NCBI RefSeq assembly: GCF_000150275.1
Contig: NW_002060978.1
Span: forward strand, 1-64,000
Length of the DNA: 64,000 nucleotides
Direction of reading: 5' to 3'
Origin: Trichoplax adhaerens
Taxonomy: Eukaryota > Animalia > Placozoa
Numbering within the stretch: position 1 is the first letter of the stretch; the number at the start of each line of letters is the position of its first letter. A model generated the notes under the pieces. The model was given only the letters and a program-made list of their open reading frames with translations. It was not told where the DNA came from and did not search any database. Both the position numbers and the translations under genes were made by a program. This document shows positions 37,923 to 50,429 of this stretch, piece after piece.

Positions 37923-40900
37923 ATGGCTATTTTACGTCTTTTATTCATATTTTCCATATGTACTCTTGTGGTAAAAGCCCAGATGATGTCAGGTGAATCT
38001 GACGTTTATTCGATGTCCAATTTTGAATTTATCACCTCAGGTTATGATGATGGATCTCAGCAACTATCAACTGCAATTCAAATGTTATCGATACAGTCAA
38101 TAAGTTCTGCATCTGTTACTACATTTGTTTATACCAATAACCTGCGTAGCTCTCAACAATTCGCTCCATCATCGATAAGCGTGCCACCTAGTGATGTCGG
38201 TTCTTTGACAAGCAGTGTATCTACTTATGATTTGACTGCCAGTCAATCGGTCGTTCCTACTTCAACTACTGGCAGCAATACTAGTGCTACAGCTGGTACT
38301 TCAGTTAGTGCCCCATTTAGTGCTTCCATTAGTGCTTCAGTCGGCCCTTCAGCTAGTGTTACACGTAGTGCTAGTGCTAGCGCAGGTTCAAGTACTATTG
38401 CTAATCCTACTGCTAGTTCTAGTATTAGTGCTAGCCCTACTGCTAGTTCTAGTATTAGTGTTAGCCCTACTGCTAGTTCAAGAACTATTGCTAATCCTAC
38501 TGCTAGTTCTAGTATTAGTGCTAGCCCTACTGCTAGTCGAGCGATTGATTACACGCCAACAAGTAGTTTCGACGACTCGGGTGAAAGTGATGCTGAAACA
38601 ATTATCATCATTAATCCAACAACGGCTACCAGTTCCAAGTCTGCAAGTCCCTCTGCGGCAACAAGCGTAGCTGTATCAGCTTCAGCTTCTAAATCATCGA
38701 CGGCAGCAAGCTCAATGGTAGCTCAGCCAAGCAGTACATCTACTCCATTTTCTAGCTCAGTGGCTCCTACACCAACACCAACAACTCTTGCTCCAACGCC
38801 ACCATCAGCATCACCATCAACTCCAACTCCAACTCCCACCCCAGGTAAGCATATTTTGGTAGGTTTTAGTAATACATTAAGTTACGGCAAAATATGATCA
38901 ACGTCATGTATAATTATCATTATTTTCAGACGTAAATCATACAATATACAGTTTCATTCCCTCCTATCTTTAGACAATATAGTTACTGTATTGCTCATGT
39001 ATAATTTATTAGTTAAAGACACATGAAATTCGTAATTATTGCTGTATTAAAACAGAGATAATCTATAATGCGGTAATTTCGGTACGGTACCATAATCTTC
39101 TAAATTTAATCAGCTTAGTTAACGGGATCCCATCACTTTTTATCCACCATAATGGACGCACTAATTTCTCATAAATAATATTAAAGTCATTACTGGCTTC
39201 CCCGTAGTAATGAATAAGTTTAACTTATTTAAAATTCGACGCATCAGTTTACCGCTCGTATAAAGAGTATTTTGATTAATTATTATGGAATTTGATGAAT
39301 TTTCTTTTAATGAAAATTAAAGATGCGACCACTTGCCGCTAGGGAAAGTTACTAATTTAAAGATTTTACATGTACCCTCCTAAGAATATTACAACTGATA
39401 TTGAATTTATCTTATTTAGACTCTGGTTCATTACGCCCATTCAGTACCAAAAATATGGTGCCGCTAGGTTATGCTTGTCAGCCGATGACAGTTCCTCAGA
39501 CAGTTGGTCTACCATTCTATGGCAACCTCTATTATACCGCATACGTAAGTATCCAAAACGATCTGAGCATGCATGAAACAACGAAACTGGCTAAAATCTT
39601 TTACCATTATAGAGTTAATGATAGTCCTACAAAATTCATGATAATATACTGTATCGTATATACTCCAGCAGTCGCTTTACTTTTCCCGAAATACGAATAC
39701 TGTTATACAGTATAAACGTGTTGCAGTCTTTATCTTACTAGTCTCCACCAATGAATAGTTATCTACATGACATCTATCGCCGTCGGGTAATTAACTCTGA
39801 CTTTCATATCCATATGTTATAGTTATTAAGGCCAAGTGAAGATTATTAGTAATAACCTCTTCGAATTGCTTTGTTTCTAACAGCTTTCATGAATTATTCA
39901 TGCTTTCGTAGTTTAAAGTATCTATCTACAGATATACGTGAATGTATATCCTAGACAATTGCATGATCTATTTTTAAGAAGTATTTAAGAATGTTATGAC
40001 TAATTCCTTATTATTTTATTTATCTCAACAATATTTATAATATCTTTAATAATAAATTTCGTTCTATGTAAAATAAATAAAATCATATTCTTCCTTCCGT
40101 TTCATTTTGCACTTTAGATTTGTGGAAATGGCATGATTACCTTTAGTACAAATAGTTGGATCAATTACAGATTTCCTAAACCATTCGGAAGTCCTGGATC
40201 GCTAAGATCTTTATCCGTTGCCGCCCCATTTTGGTCGTTAGTTTCCTTACAACAGCCAGTTAATTCTGGTACTTTCTACGAGCCTCTATCTGATAGCTTA
40301 CTCGCAACATATAGTAACGATGTTCGAACGGCTCTTAATATTCAACAATTCGCCGCAACTTGGGGCCTCCAAGTTACTTGGTATAGATTGATTGCAAATG
40401 AAACCGCTTTAACTTCTCCGGTGAGTACTGCATACTGTATATTATTAAATTGTAGCAATGTTTGCATGATTTTTTTGTCATTCTCGGAAGAATTTTTCTC
40501 ACGAGACATCATTCTTGAAAGTATTGACAGGATCGCATAAATTTATAGTTACTAGACTTGATCTATGCATATAAATTACAGTGTCAATGACTGAAATATT
40601 TTGGCATATAAATATTAGTATGCTATGAATTGATTAATCGTATTTTAATATACCATACCTGTGCTGTTCAGACCAATACCTTCCAATGTCAATTAATAAC
40701 GGATGGTACCAACAGTTATGTGCTCTATCGCTATCCTAAGAACAGCCTGCAATGGTCATTGCCACAGGAAAATACCTATTTAAATAGCTTAGGTATTGGA
40801 TCTCCTGTCGCTGGATATAACAATGGTCCCAGCTTTTTCAATATTAGGCAGTCAGCTACCGGCGGCATCAATACAGTTGTGACTGGTACTGGCAACACTG

Positions 40901-43900
40901 GAAAACGCGGATTTTGGATATACAGGTAATTATACTATTTGCAATCCATCTAGTCGTTAATATGTACGATTTCCGATTCTCTCACACTTTACAATTCGTT
41001 ACAAAACGTTTAGCCTATCAAGTAATGTAGAAAGACCTCCAGAAGGATCATGCAGAAATTTCCTCACGCAACCTGCTCCAACTTCATTGCAAGCCATTTC
41101 CAGATGCCCATGCTCACTTGGTCAAGCCATTTTGGATCGTCGATTTATATTTGATAGTGCTAATTCTGCTACTCAGTTGTGTTACTATTCACGCTATATT
41201 GTCAACAACTTTGTTCAGAAATGTTGCTATCAGAACTTCTCTCCTGGTTTTGGATCATATCTTAGTGGAATCTCTAGCCCTGGTGCTGGCTATATCGTAG
41301 GTTATACTAATAATGCATATGACAATACTGGATATGGTTTCTGTTGCCATCCAGCAACACCACAATCTTTATGTGTAACCTTCTACAATAATTATCCAAG
41401 TCGAGAATGTCAGATTTCACCACGCTTAAGTAAGTTACGTTAGTTATTATACTGAGGATGGAAATATTTGTATCAGACTTCATATTATACATCTTAAATT
41501 GGAGATTGATTCTAATTTTATTTTATAATATTTTCATTTACGATTAGCTTGGAGTTTTGGAGACCCTCATTTCACTACGTTGGATGGTGTTCGGTACACA
41601 TTTAATGGCCTTGGCGATTTTGTTCTATTGCAAAATAGAACAGCAGTTGTACCCGCCCTTGAAGTTCAGGCACGATGCGTAAAAGTAGCCCCAAATGCTG
41701 GTGCAACAGCATTCCGAGCCGTTGGTGCATCTGAAGGCAATAGCGGAAGCATAGAATTTAACGTTAATACTGCAACAAATACTATCGATATTTTATACAA
41801 CAAGCAGACTGTTGTTATTGGCAGTTCGGGCTCAACGACTTACCAAAGTGGCTTAATTGTTAACAAACTCAATACTACTTACGCTATCGCCCAATTTCCA
41901 TCAGGTTAGGCTAAAATTAAAATGATTAAGAATGCAACTGATTAAATTTTAAATTGTTGTTGTTTTTGGATATTAAAAACTGGATTTTTTCCTCATATGA
42001 ATACTTAAGGTACCGTTGTCATCGCTAAAGTCCGAAATGATTCCTTTATGGATATAAGCATGCAATTATCTGTTAATTACTTCGATCAAACGCAAGGCTT
42101 GCTAGGTCGATGGGACAACAATGCGAATAACGATTTCACTGATCAAAGAACTGGAGTGAGCTTCCTAATCTCTGCTGTTTCAGAATCACAAATTCACAAC
42201 ATAGCAGAAACATGTAAGATCAAGAATCATAATTTTTAGTATAAATACGCAAATAATACTACGACCGTCTGTCGTTAGCTTATTATTTTACTAATTTTTC
42301 TATCTATTTACTGAAGTTATATGCTAAATGATTGTCGTCCGCGTATGCTAATATCTTATGAGTAACATAAACAGAGTTTGCATGAAAAATCGTATATCAT
42401 GAAATGATCGTTGTTGAAATAAAGCAACCAGGCTCTGTAATAAAGTGACTAAAACGTTCTATTTTTAATTTTAAATTAAAGGGGCCGTGGATCCGCTGAA
42501 ACGACTAATAGCAAATGATCCACCTTCGAACTCATCTTATGTACCGATCTTTCCCGCAAATATCACATTCAGCTCACAACAGTTGGAAAATGATGCTGCA
42601 TCAGTATGTCAAGGAAATCAAGCTTGTTTATACGACGTTGCGTTAACTGATTCATTAAGTATTGGTTCAGCATCTGCAGCGGTGGATCAACAAAATACTG
42701 TCGATAAGCAATCCTTAGGTAAGTTGTTGAACGTAAGTTAGGATTAAAAAGTTATATGGGATCGTTGATTTAGCGAACCAATAAATCATGGAAAGTTAAC
42801 CGATGTCATATCGCTAACCAAAAATCTACTGGTAATAAATGTGGAAATATTTAATGTAATCGAACCAATTATTTCTCTAAAGATCACAGACCTCCGCAGA
42901 TTGTTACACCGAAATCAACAATCAATGCTACTATTGGGGAAAAAATTGTTTTTCAAGTATCCGCTGATAGCGCCCAACAGTATACAATGACTTATACTAT
43001 TAGCGGCAAATTACCTGCAGATTATTCTTTTCCTAATGGCAGCGCCGATGGTACTTTTGTATGGAATGTTACTTCAGCTGATCCTATTTCGATCACTTTT
43101 GTTGCAACTGATTCACAAGGTAGATCAAGTGCAATCACACCCAAGATTAGCATTTGCAACTGTTCGAGTAATGGCCAATGTATGTGGAATGCTGCCATTG
43201 GCTCTACATTTGCATTGGTCCCGTGCACTTGCAACGCTGGATATACTGGTTTACAATGTGAAAGTGATATCAATGCTTGCGCATTAAATGGAGAAGCATG
43301 CTTCCCAGGAGTTACCTGTACTGATCAACCAGCTCCAGCGGGTATCGATGGTTTTACATGCGGATCATGCCCTAGTGGTACAGCCGGTGATGGAAAAGTC
43401 TGCTCAGGTATGTTTTTCTTTTATGTTATTACTAATAAATTAAAATAGATATCTAATAAGATTTGAAATAATCGATTTAGATATACAGGAGTGCAGCGGA
43501 TCTACACATGGTTGCAATCAAGTCTGTGTTGAAATTTTTGGTTCCTATAGATGTCAGTGCAATCCTGGGTACCGATTATCAAATGACTCAAAAACATGCA
43601 CTGGTGAGTCGAATTCTATAAGAAATAGAATAAAATAAGAAAGAAAGTAAATTGAGTAATAGATTTTTTGGATTTCAGATATTAATGAATGTTTGGAACA
43701 AAATGCTTGTAGTCAGCGGTGTGTCAACACAGCTGGAAGTTATACCTGCGGTTGCAGATCTGGATTTACTCTACAACAAGATGGCCGAACTTGTACCAGT
43801 AAGTTATCGCAATACTAGTACTCTACTGAAAAAGTTTACATTTCTGGTCAAAACAATGCCTTTACTCTTGTGTTTATCGTTTTATAGGCTATCGATATAT

Positions 43901-45914
43901 AATTGTAATTATTACTCTTTTCCACAGGCAATAGCCCCTGTCAAACCAATAACATTTGCGGCATTCATGCATGTAGCTTTATTAATGGACAAGAAGTCTG
44001 TGAGTGTAATAATGGTTATGCTCTTAACTCTGCCAAAGAATGTGCTGGTAAGATAGCGTCATAACTCACTATATATGTACAGTATATGATTTCTTGATCA
44101 ATTGATTAACGTTCCAACACTAACGCTATCAATCGATTCAATTCATAGATATAAACGAATGCGCTACCAACAACGGAAATTGTCAGCAAGTCTGTATTAA
44201 TACTATAGGTAGCTATCAATGCAGTTGCAATTCTGGCCAGGAATTGAGACCTGATGGCAAATCATGCGTTGGTAAATCTATTTTCCTTAAAGTTAATCAT
44301 TTGCAATATCCTTTTTTATCACTTTGTAATGATATTTGGTTGCTAATCGAACGCTATTGATGTCCTTAAATAAAAAAATAAAAGTTTCTGACGATTAAAT
44401 GCGTTTCCTTTTTAGATCTTAATGAATGTAATTTGCATACCCATGACTGCGATTCAACTCAGTTATGTCAAAATACTCCTACATACTATTATTGTATTTG
44501 CAGACCTGGATTTACTTTTATCAACGGCAGATGCCAAATTGGTAGGTTACACAGTCAAATATATACCTTGATTTTTACTTCATAAGTTGCTGTAAGTTGC
44601 TCAATTACGTCAATGATAAGTTAATTTATTAATCAAATGGGATAGTGTGTTGTATCGAAAGATTTGCTGTACGTAAAACTGTTTGATTGCTAGAAAAATC
44701 TCTCGATCTAATGTTAATAAATTTGTACTTTTGCAGCTCCACAGAATTATAAACCTCCAGTAACACCGATACCCGGCGTTTTGCAAAATATGAGTTCCGT
44801 TCAGGCGACTTTCCGATACAGTGCTGCTCCATCTGTGAGTAATGCATTCTATTTTATTCGTATAATTCAGTTAAATAATTTCATTCATTATATCATATGT
44901 TTCTATTAGATTAAATTATAAATTTCTAATTTAAATATAACATATTTCATTCCTTACTTAAATTATCCTGTTTAGTGGAGCCTCGATACTAGGATTCGCT
45001 TTAGAGCTGCAGTAGCTGCTGTTGCAACACGCTATTGTCAGGCGAATCTGCAGATATGTAACCTAACATCAAGGTTAATAAAACTGAAGAGCTAATTTCT
45101 TTTCGAACCTTATTACTTGATCATACAAGATACAAATCAAAATATGTTTCATTTTTATTCATAGTGTCAAATTCCAGCAAAATAATGTACAATTTCTGAC
45201 TGGTTTCCCTGTAGCTATGGGGTATGCTATTTTAAACTGTCTTAAGAAAGCAATTCATTCAATGATACAATTATAAATACTAACATGATGTAAAGATAAT
45301 TAATCATCTTTTTTATATACTATTAATTTATAGTAATAATGAAGTGGCTGCTTTCTATGTGAATATGCCTAATTCACAGAATACTTTACCTCGTCCGGCT
45401 CTCCTTTACGTTGTTGAGGCTAACAATCGGCATTTACCTGCTGCCGTTGGTGCTGATGCTCTTATTGCTGTCAGTACATTTATACCAACGCCGACTCCAC
45501 CAACACCCAGACCAACTACTCGGCCTACAACACCAACAATGTCCGCCACCACGCAACCTACATCAAGACCTACAATAAAAGCAACATCGCAAGCTACAAC
45601 ACCACCAGTTACGTTAGCAACACCTCAAAATAATGACGCACTCATCATTGGATTAACAATTGGATGTGGTAGCGGTTTCATTCTGATTCTTTTTGCCGTT
45701 GTGGGGTAAGATAGTCTAAAAATTGGATAAAGATGTGGATGAAAATTGTCTAGTTGATTAAATTACCTATTATGATTGGATTTGAAAAATTTGATAATAT
45801 AATTGATGAAATTTCTTTTCTTTTATTACCAGTTTCTGCTGTCGAAATACCAAAAATAAGCCGAAGCTCTACGAGGAAAGAGAACATGAACTCAAAAAGC
45901 TTAATAATTTTTAA
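37923..45914 (+). CDS. MUC4/SUSD2-type membrane mucin-like protein A: signal peptide-PTS-NIDO-AMOP-VWD-EGF/cbEGF repeats-PT stalk-TM
   Basis: Signal peptide and S/T/P-rich exon 1 (37923-~38844). NIDO ([19 protein letters not shown]), AMOP ([19 protein letters not shown]), VWD ([11 protein letters not shown] at 41559-41570, [16 protein letters not shown]). EGF and DINEC-type cbEGF exons at 43160-44540. [27 protein letters not shown], tail ending KKLNNF* at 45914. Confidence 0.92.
38391..38537 (+). repeat. Coding 30-bp minisatellite (5 units of 10 aa, xIxxxPTASS) in the mucin PTS domain
   Basis: Units [agtactattgctaat/agtattagtgctagc]cctactgctagtt(ct/ca) in order A-B-B'-A-B. Confidence 0.9.
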
Positions 45915-47100
45915 TATCATAGAAGGAAAATTATTCTGGTAGAGAAAGTAAATAGTAATAGTCTACTAGTGTAGTTTATTAGATGATATGCTTTAAAAAA
46001 TATGATATATCTAATTTCATAGTATTTTTAACCGTACCATTAGCAATCACTATAATTTTTATTAAATCATGTGGATATTGCGAAAACTGTTGGTATTAAG
46101 GATGCCTATATTAATTATAGGAGCTTTTACTAATGTCTTAAAATATCCTTAATTCTATAATCACAGTGTCTTCTAGATTTTGAGAATTTTTATAGTTCGG
46201 AAATTATTCATATTTTCGTTCATCATTTCTCTTATTAGTAACAATGTTAGATATAGTATTGCTAAATTTAATATCGAGAAAGATGTTCGTCACATCAGAA
46301 ATACTAGAAAGATTTTAAAACACATGATTTCTAGCATCTATCTATTTTTTTTTTTCTGTACGATTAGCTCTCAAATGCTTGTCTATGCAAGCACTTACTG
46401 CATTTAATTTGAATAACAATTTATTACGTGAAGCATTATCTCAGATAAGCTTACACGATTGTTATTATGTTCTTATTTGTAATATTCAACCAAGATAGAC
46501 GGGTATGTCCAGTTTAACTATACTTATATGGTTCATATGTCTGTCTGTAATTCGGAATTTTTTCCTATGCAATGCTAAATGAGTGACGAATTATCGAGGA
46601 TAAACGTACACCTGCATTGTTTAACAATATTTTGTGTTCGCCTACGACTTTGATTCTAAATATGTTATTTTTACATTGATTTCAAATAAAAATTACGGTT
46701 TTATAAAGTACTGTTGATCCATTACAACAAAATATAAAATTTCTGATCTTTTTGAATTGATTAACGGTTATAATTCTAACTTAATTTAGAAAATATTTTA
46801 ATCATGGATCAGAGCATAGCAATAAAATGTTGTAATTGTACAGTGTGACAAGAATGCATAGCTACATGTTACCTATTCGTGTATATTAATTAAACCCCAG
46901 CCTATTAGCAAGGCAGGAAACGTAAACCTTACTAATGTAGCCTAAATGCAGAGTTGAATCGAATTACAGTACATACAGCTGTATTGCTTTACATTTAATG
47001 CGAATCAAAGTTTGCAACGAAGAAAACTTAACATTACCACTAGTAAATTAAACTCTATGAGCCTACTGTCATGTCTGTCTTCTCCGACATTAAACTGTTA

Positions 47101-47576
47101 AACCATATTTATATAACTCCCTAAATATTGACGACCTTCATCGTGCTACTACTTCTCATTGATACGCTGTTTCAATCCCAACATAAACATCAGTATGTAT
47201 ACGGACGTAGCTTCACGTAATTATGTAAGTTAAAGTAAAAATTACTGCACTATGAAAAAAGGTGTCGTTATTTTTCTGTTGTAGATGATAATTCTACAGA
47301 GTCCTACAGAACAGGACTCATAATAAAGAAGTTAATACCTATACAATCACAATTATATAACCCTAAACATTGACGACCTTTATTATATTACTACTTTGTA
47401 ATGATATATTCTATCAAAGGTACATAAAAACCAGTATCTATAAGAATGTGCCTTTACGCAATTATGTAAGTAAAAGTAAAAATTACTGTACTAAGAACAG
47501 ATATATCGTCATTGATCTGTTGTAGGCGATAATTCTATGGGGTTCTGCAGTGCAGGACTCAAGATAAAGCAGTTTA
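47101..47576. repeat. Diverged ~241-bp tandem duplication (2 copies)
   Basis: ccctaaa[t/c]attgacgacctt at ~47119 and ~47361; aattatgtaagt[t/a]aaagtaaaaattactg at ~47219 and ~47460; ctgttgtag..gataattcta..caggactca..ataaag in both copies. Confidence 0.85.
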
Positions 47577-47634
47577 CCATGTGAAGGTGTTGAAGTTTAC
47601 GGTACTTATTCTTAAGATTTACTCACTATAATAC

Positions 47635-47683
47635 TAAAGTAAATCTGCCTATATTTTTAATAATTGCAGGTAGATTTACTTTA
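47635..47683. other. Inverted repeat / hairpin (16-bp stem with one G-T pair)
   Basis: TAAAGTAAATCTGCCT-17 nt-AGGTAGATTTACTTTA. Confidence 0.7.
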
Positions 47684-48209
47684 TTTATTTATCTACTACT
47701 GTTTGTATTATCGCGATATTTAGTCTACGTAGATAGATATGTTATAGACAAAGTACGAAAATCAGGTATTGTAGATCTTTCCTGAGTATTTCATGCTCAA
47801 CTTTACAATGTTAGGCAATGCAATCTAATTTCAGATTAAGTAATGCTCTACCTAGGAAAAGTTAACAACTTATTCCTTTACCTACAATAAGTATTCTGTG
47901 TCTAGTTTGAAATTGATAGTCTAATGTACCATATGATCTACTCGCATATTTACTTTTTATGCATACTGTACTACTAGTACTAAGAATGGCTAGTTTACAG
48001 TGCTACTACTCCAACTCTCTATAGCGCTACATTAGAATAACTCTTGTACGATACGTATACGCCATATTGCAATTATGCCTACTACGCTCGACGATATCAT
48101 CTATATCTAGACGTACGCATACATCAATAAAGACATATATATTTGACCCTACAGGAAAGCACTATGGATAGTTATGCGATTTTAGCATTGCATAGTGACC
48201 TCTATAATG

Positions 48210-48423
48210 TACTCGGCAATGAGCTAGCCGGGAATGCAAGCGGTTGAAGACTTGAAGTACATCTTGAAGAACTAAGTATTATAAAAATAGTCTTGCTCTA
48301 ATTTAAGAAGTACTGGTAAGTACTCGGCAATGAGCTAGCCGGGGATGCAAGCGGTTGAAGTACATCTTGAAGAACTAAGTATTATAAAAATAGTCTTACT
48401 CTAATTTAAGAAGTACTGGCAAG
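48210..48423. repeat. Recent near-perfect tandem duplication (111 + 103 bp) upstream of the HSD17B10-like gene
   Basis: tactcggcaatgagctagccggg...aagaagtactgg[t/c]aag occurs twice. The copies differ by an 8-bp indel and 3 substitutions. Confidence 0.95.
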
Positions 48424-48947
48424 CATGAGCACGGTACAAGTTGGTTAGCTACGGTATAAATAATCTTAATTTCACGAGGTATCTTAATTAATATACAGTA
48501 AATCATTTTACAGTGCGATTAGACGTACGCAAACACTAATGAAGATATGTATAATTGTATGACATTGTTATATATAACTAAAGGTACTGAAGGTATACAG
48601 TATATTAGCAGTTAGAACTAGGATTTCTATCATTCTACTGTATACTGTAAATGGATCTAAAAATACACCTATACTGTACTTTTACATGTACAGTATCTGT
48701 TATATATGCGAGCTAGTAATAACGTAAGAAGGAAGAAAAAATAAAAGTTAGAAGATATACGGTACGCAAAGTATAACGAGCGTAAGTAGTAAGTACTAGT
48801 AATTGTATAACTAGCGTTACTGACATGAACAATGTATCAGTGATTGTTAGATTACAGTCAATGGTCTACTTTACAGTAAAATCTATCTACGCCTACAGGA
48901 ATATTGAGGAGTAAAAGGAGTTGATCTATTTATTAAATTTTTCAGAA

Positions 48948-50429
48948 ATGTCCGTCGTATCACAGTTAGTAGCATTAGTAACTGGTGGCGCTTCTGGTCT
49001 AGGTCGAGCCACCGCTCAGCGTTTGGTTAGGCAAGGAGCCAGAGTGGTCATTATGGATTTGCCGAACAGCCATGGTGCAGCTACCGCTGAAGAAATTGGT
49101 AGCAATTGCTGCTTTGCTCCCACTGATGTAAGGCTTCTCACACTATGCATACAGCTATGAATTGATCGTAATTCACATTACAAGAAAATTGCTTTACGTG
49201 ATTATTTTGATGCTTTTAAACTCGTAATAATCCATTTATTGCTGAAATACTAGCATCAAATTGGCATGATTCTTTTCAGGCTTAATCTCAGGTGTCTTAG
49301 TTATTGTGCTATCACCATAACTCTTGTGTGGAATAACATAAAACTACCTTGGTACAATCTCTCTATGGCATTATAATATAATCTACAGTATTTAAGATAA
49401 AGCCGATAATGCACTTATAGCGGTATGATTGTTGACATGAATTTGTGCCAACAAGGTAACTAAGGAAAAGGACGTGATGAATGCAATCCAATTAGCTCGA
49501 GAGAAATTCGATCGAATTCGTCTTGTGGTCAATTGTGCCGGTATTGCACTTGCTCGAAAAACTGTCAATAAAGATGGCCCACATACATTAGAAGACTTTA
49601 ATAAAGTGATGATGGTGAGTTATCGAAGTAACGCATTAAGACACATACATTACTAGCAAGTAGTTAATAGAATAATTAGTCTTTAAGAGGCATTTGCTTG
49701 TACATAAGGATTATGAAGTGGGATGGTTCGATTAATGCGTGCATATACAGTAGATAATAAAATAAGTCAATTTGTTATTGACTTCATTGCAGGTAAACAC
49801 TGTGGGAACCTTCAATGTTATACGACTATGTGCTGATGATATGGTCAAAGACGAATTACCTCCGGGAGCTGGCAGTAATCCTGATGAACGTGGCCTTATC
49901 ATTAACGTAGCTAGCGTTCTCGGACTTGATGGCCAACCGGGTATGGCAGCTTACTCGGCTTCAAAAGCTGCAGTAGCAAGTATGACATTACCTATTGCAA
50001 GAGATTTGTCGCGCAATGGTATACGTGTATGTACTATTGCTCCTGGTTAGTAATATCAATAAGTTAGCAAGTTTTTTAGATTAGAAATTATTTTCTAATT
50101 GATCGAAACATCGTAGAGTAATGTACATCGCAAATTAATTATGCTCATGCTTTCGTATGGTACATGTAATAATATGATATCATGATTATACTTACTAGTA
50201 CGTATTAATAGAAAAGTGATGTCTGGTGCTTTTGCTAGGTGCTTTTCTTACTCCAATGCTAACAAACAACACGCCTAAAGAAATCTTAGATTGGTACACC
50301 AAGTTGATTCCTTATCCAAAACGATTTGGAGACCCTGACGAATTTGCTCAACTTGTCGAAGCAGTCGTCGAAAATCCTATGCTGAATGGCTCTGTTGTTC
50401 GACTAGATGGTGCACTACGAGTAACATAG
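48948..50429 (+). CDS. HSD17B10: 3-hydroxyacyl-CoA dehydrogenase type-2 (HSD17B10/scully)-like short-chain dehydrogenase, 4 coding exons
   Basis: [75 protein letters not shown], catalytic [53 protein letters not shown]. Confidence 0.93.

Noticed and set aside
38284-38670. 128-aa Leu/Val-rich 'membrane protein' ORF
   Set aside because: Shifted-frame reading of the Ser/Ala/Thr mucin repeat.
48210-48423. Direct repeats as a CRISPR array or LTRs
   Set aside because: Eukaryotic context, two adjacent copies, no spacers, no internal domain or target-site duplication.
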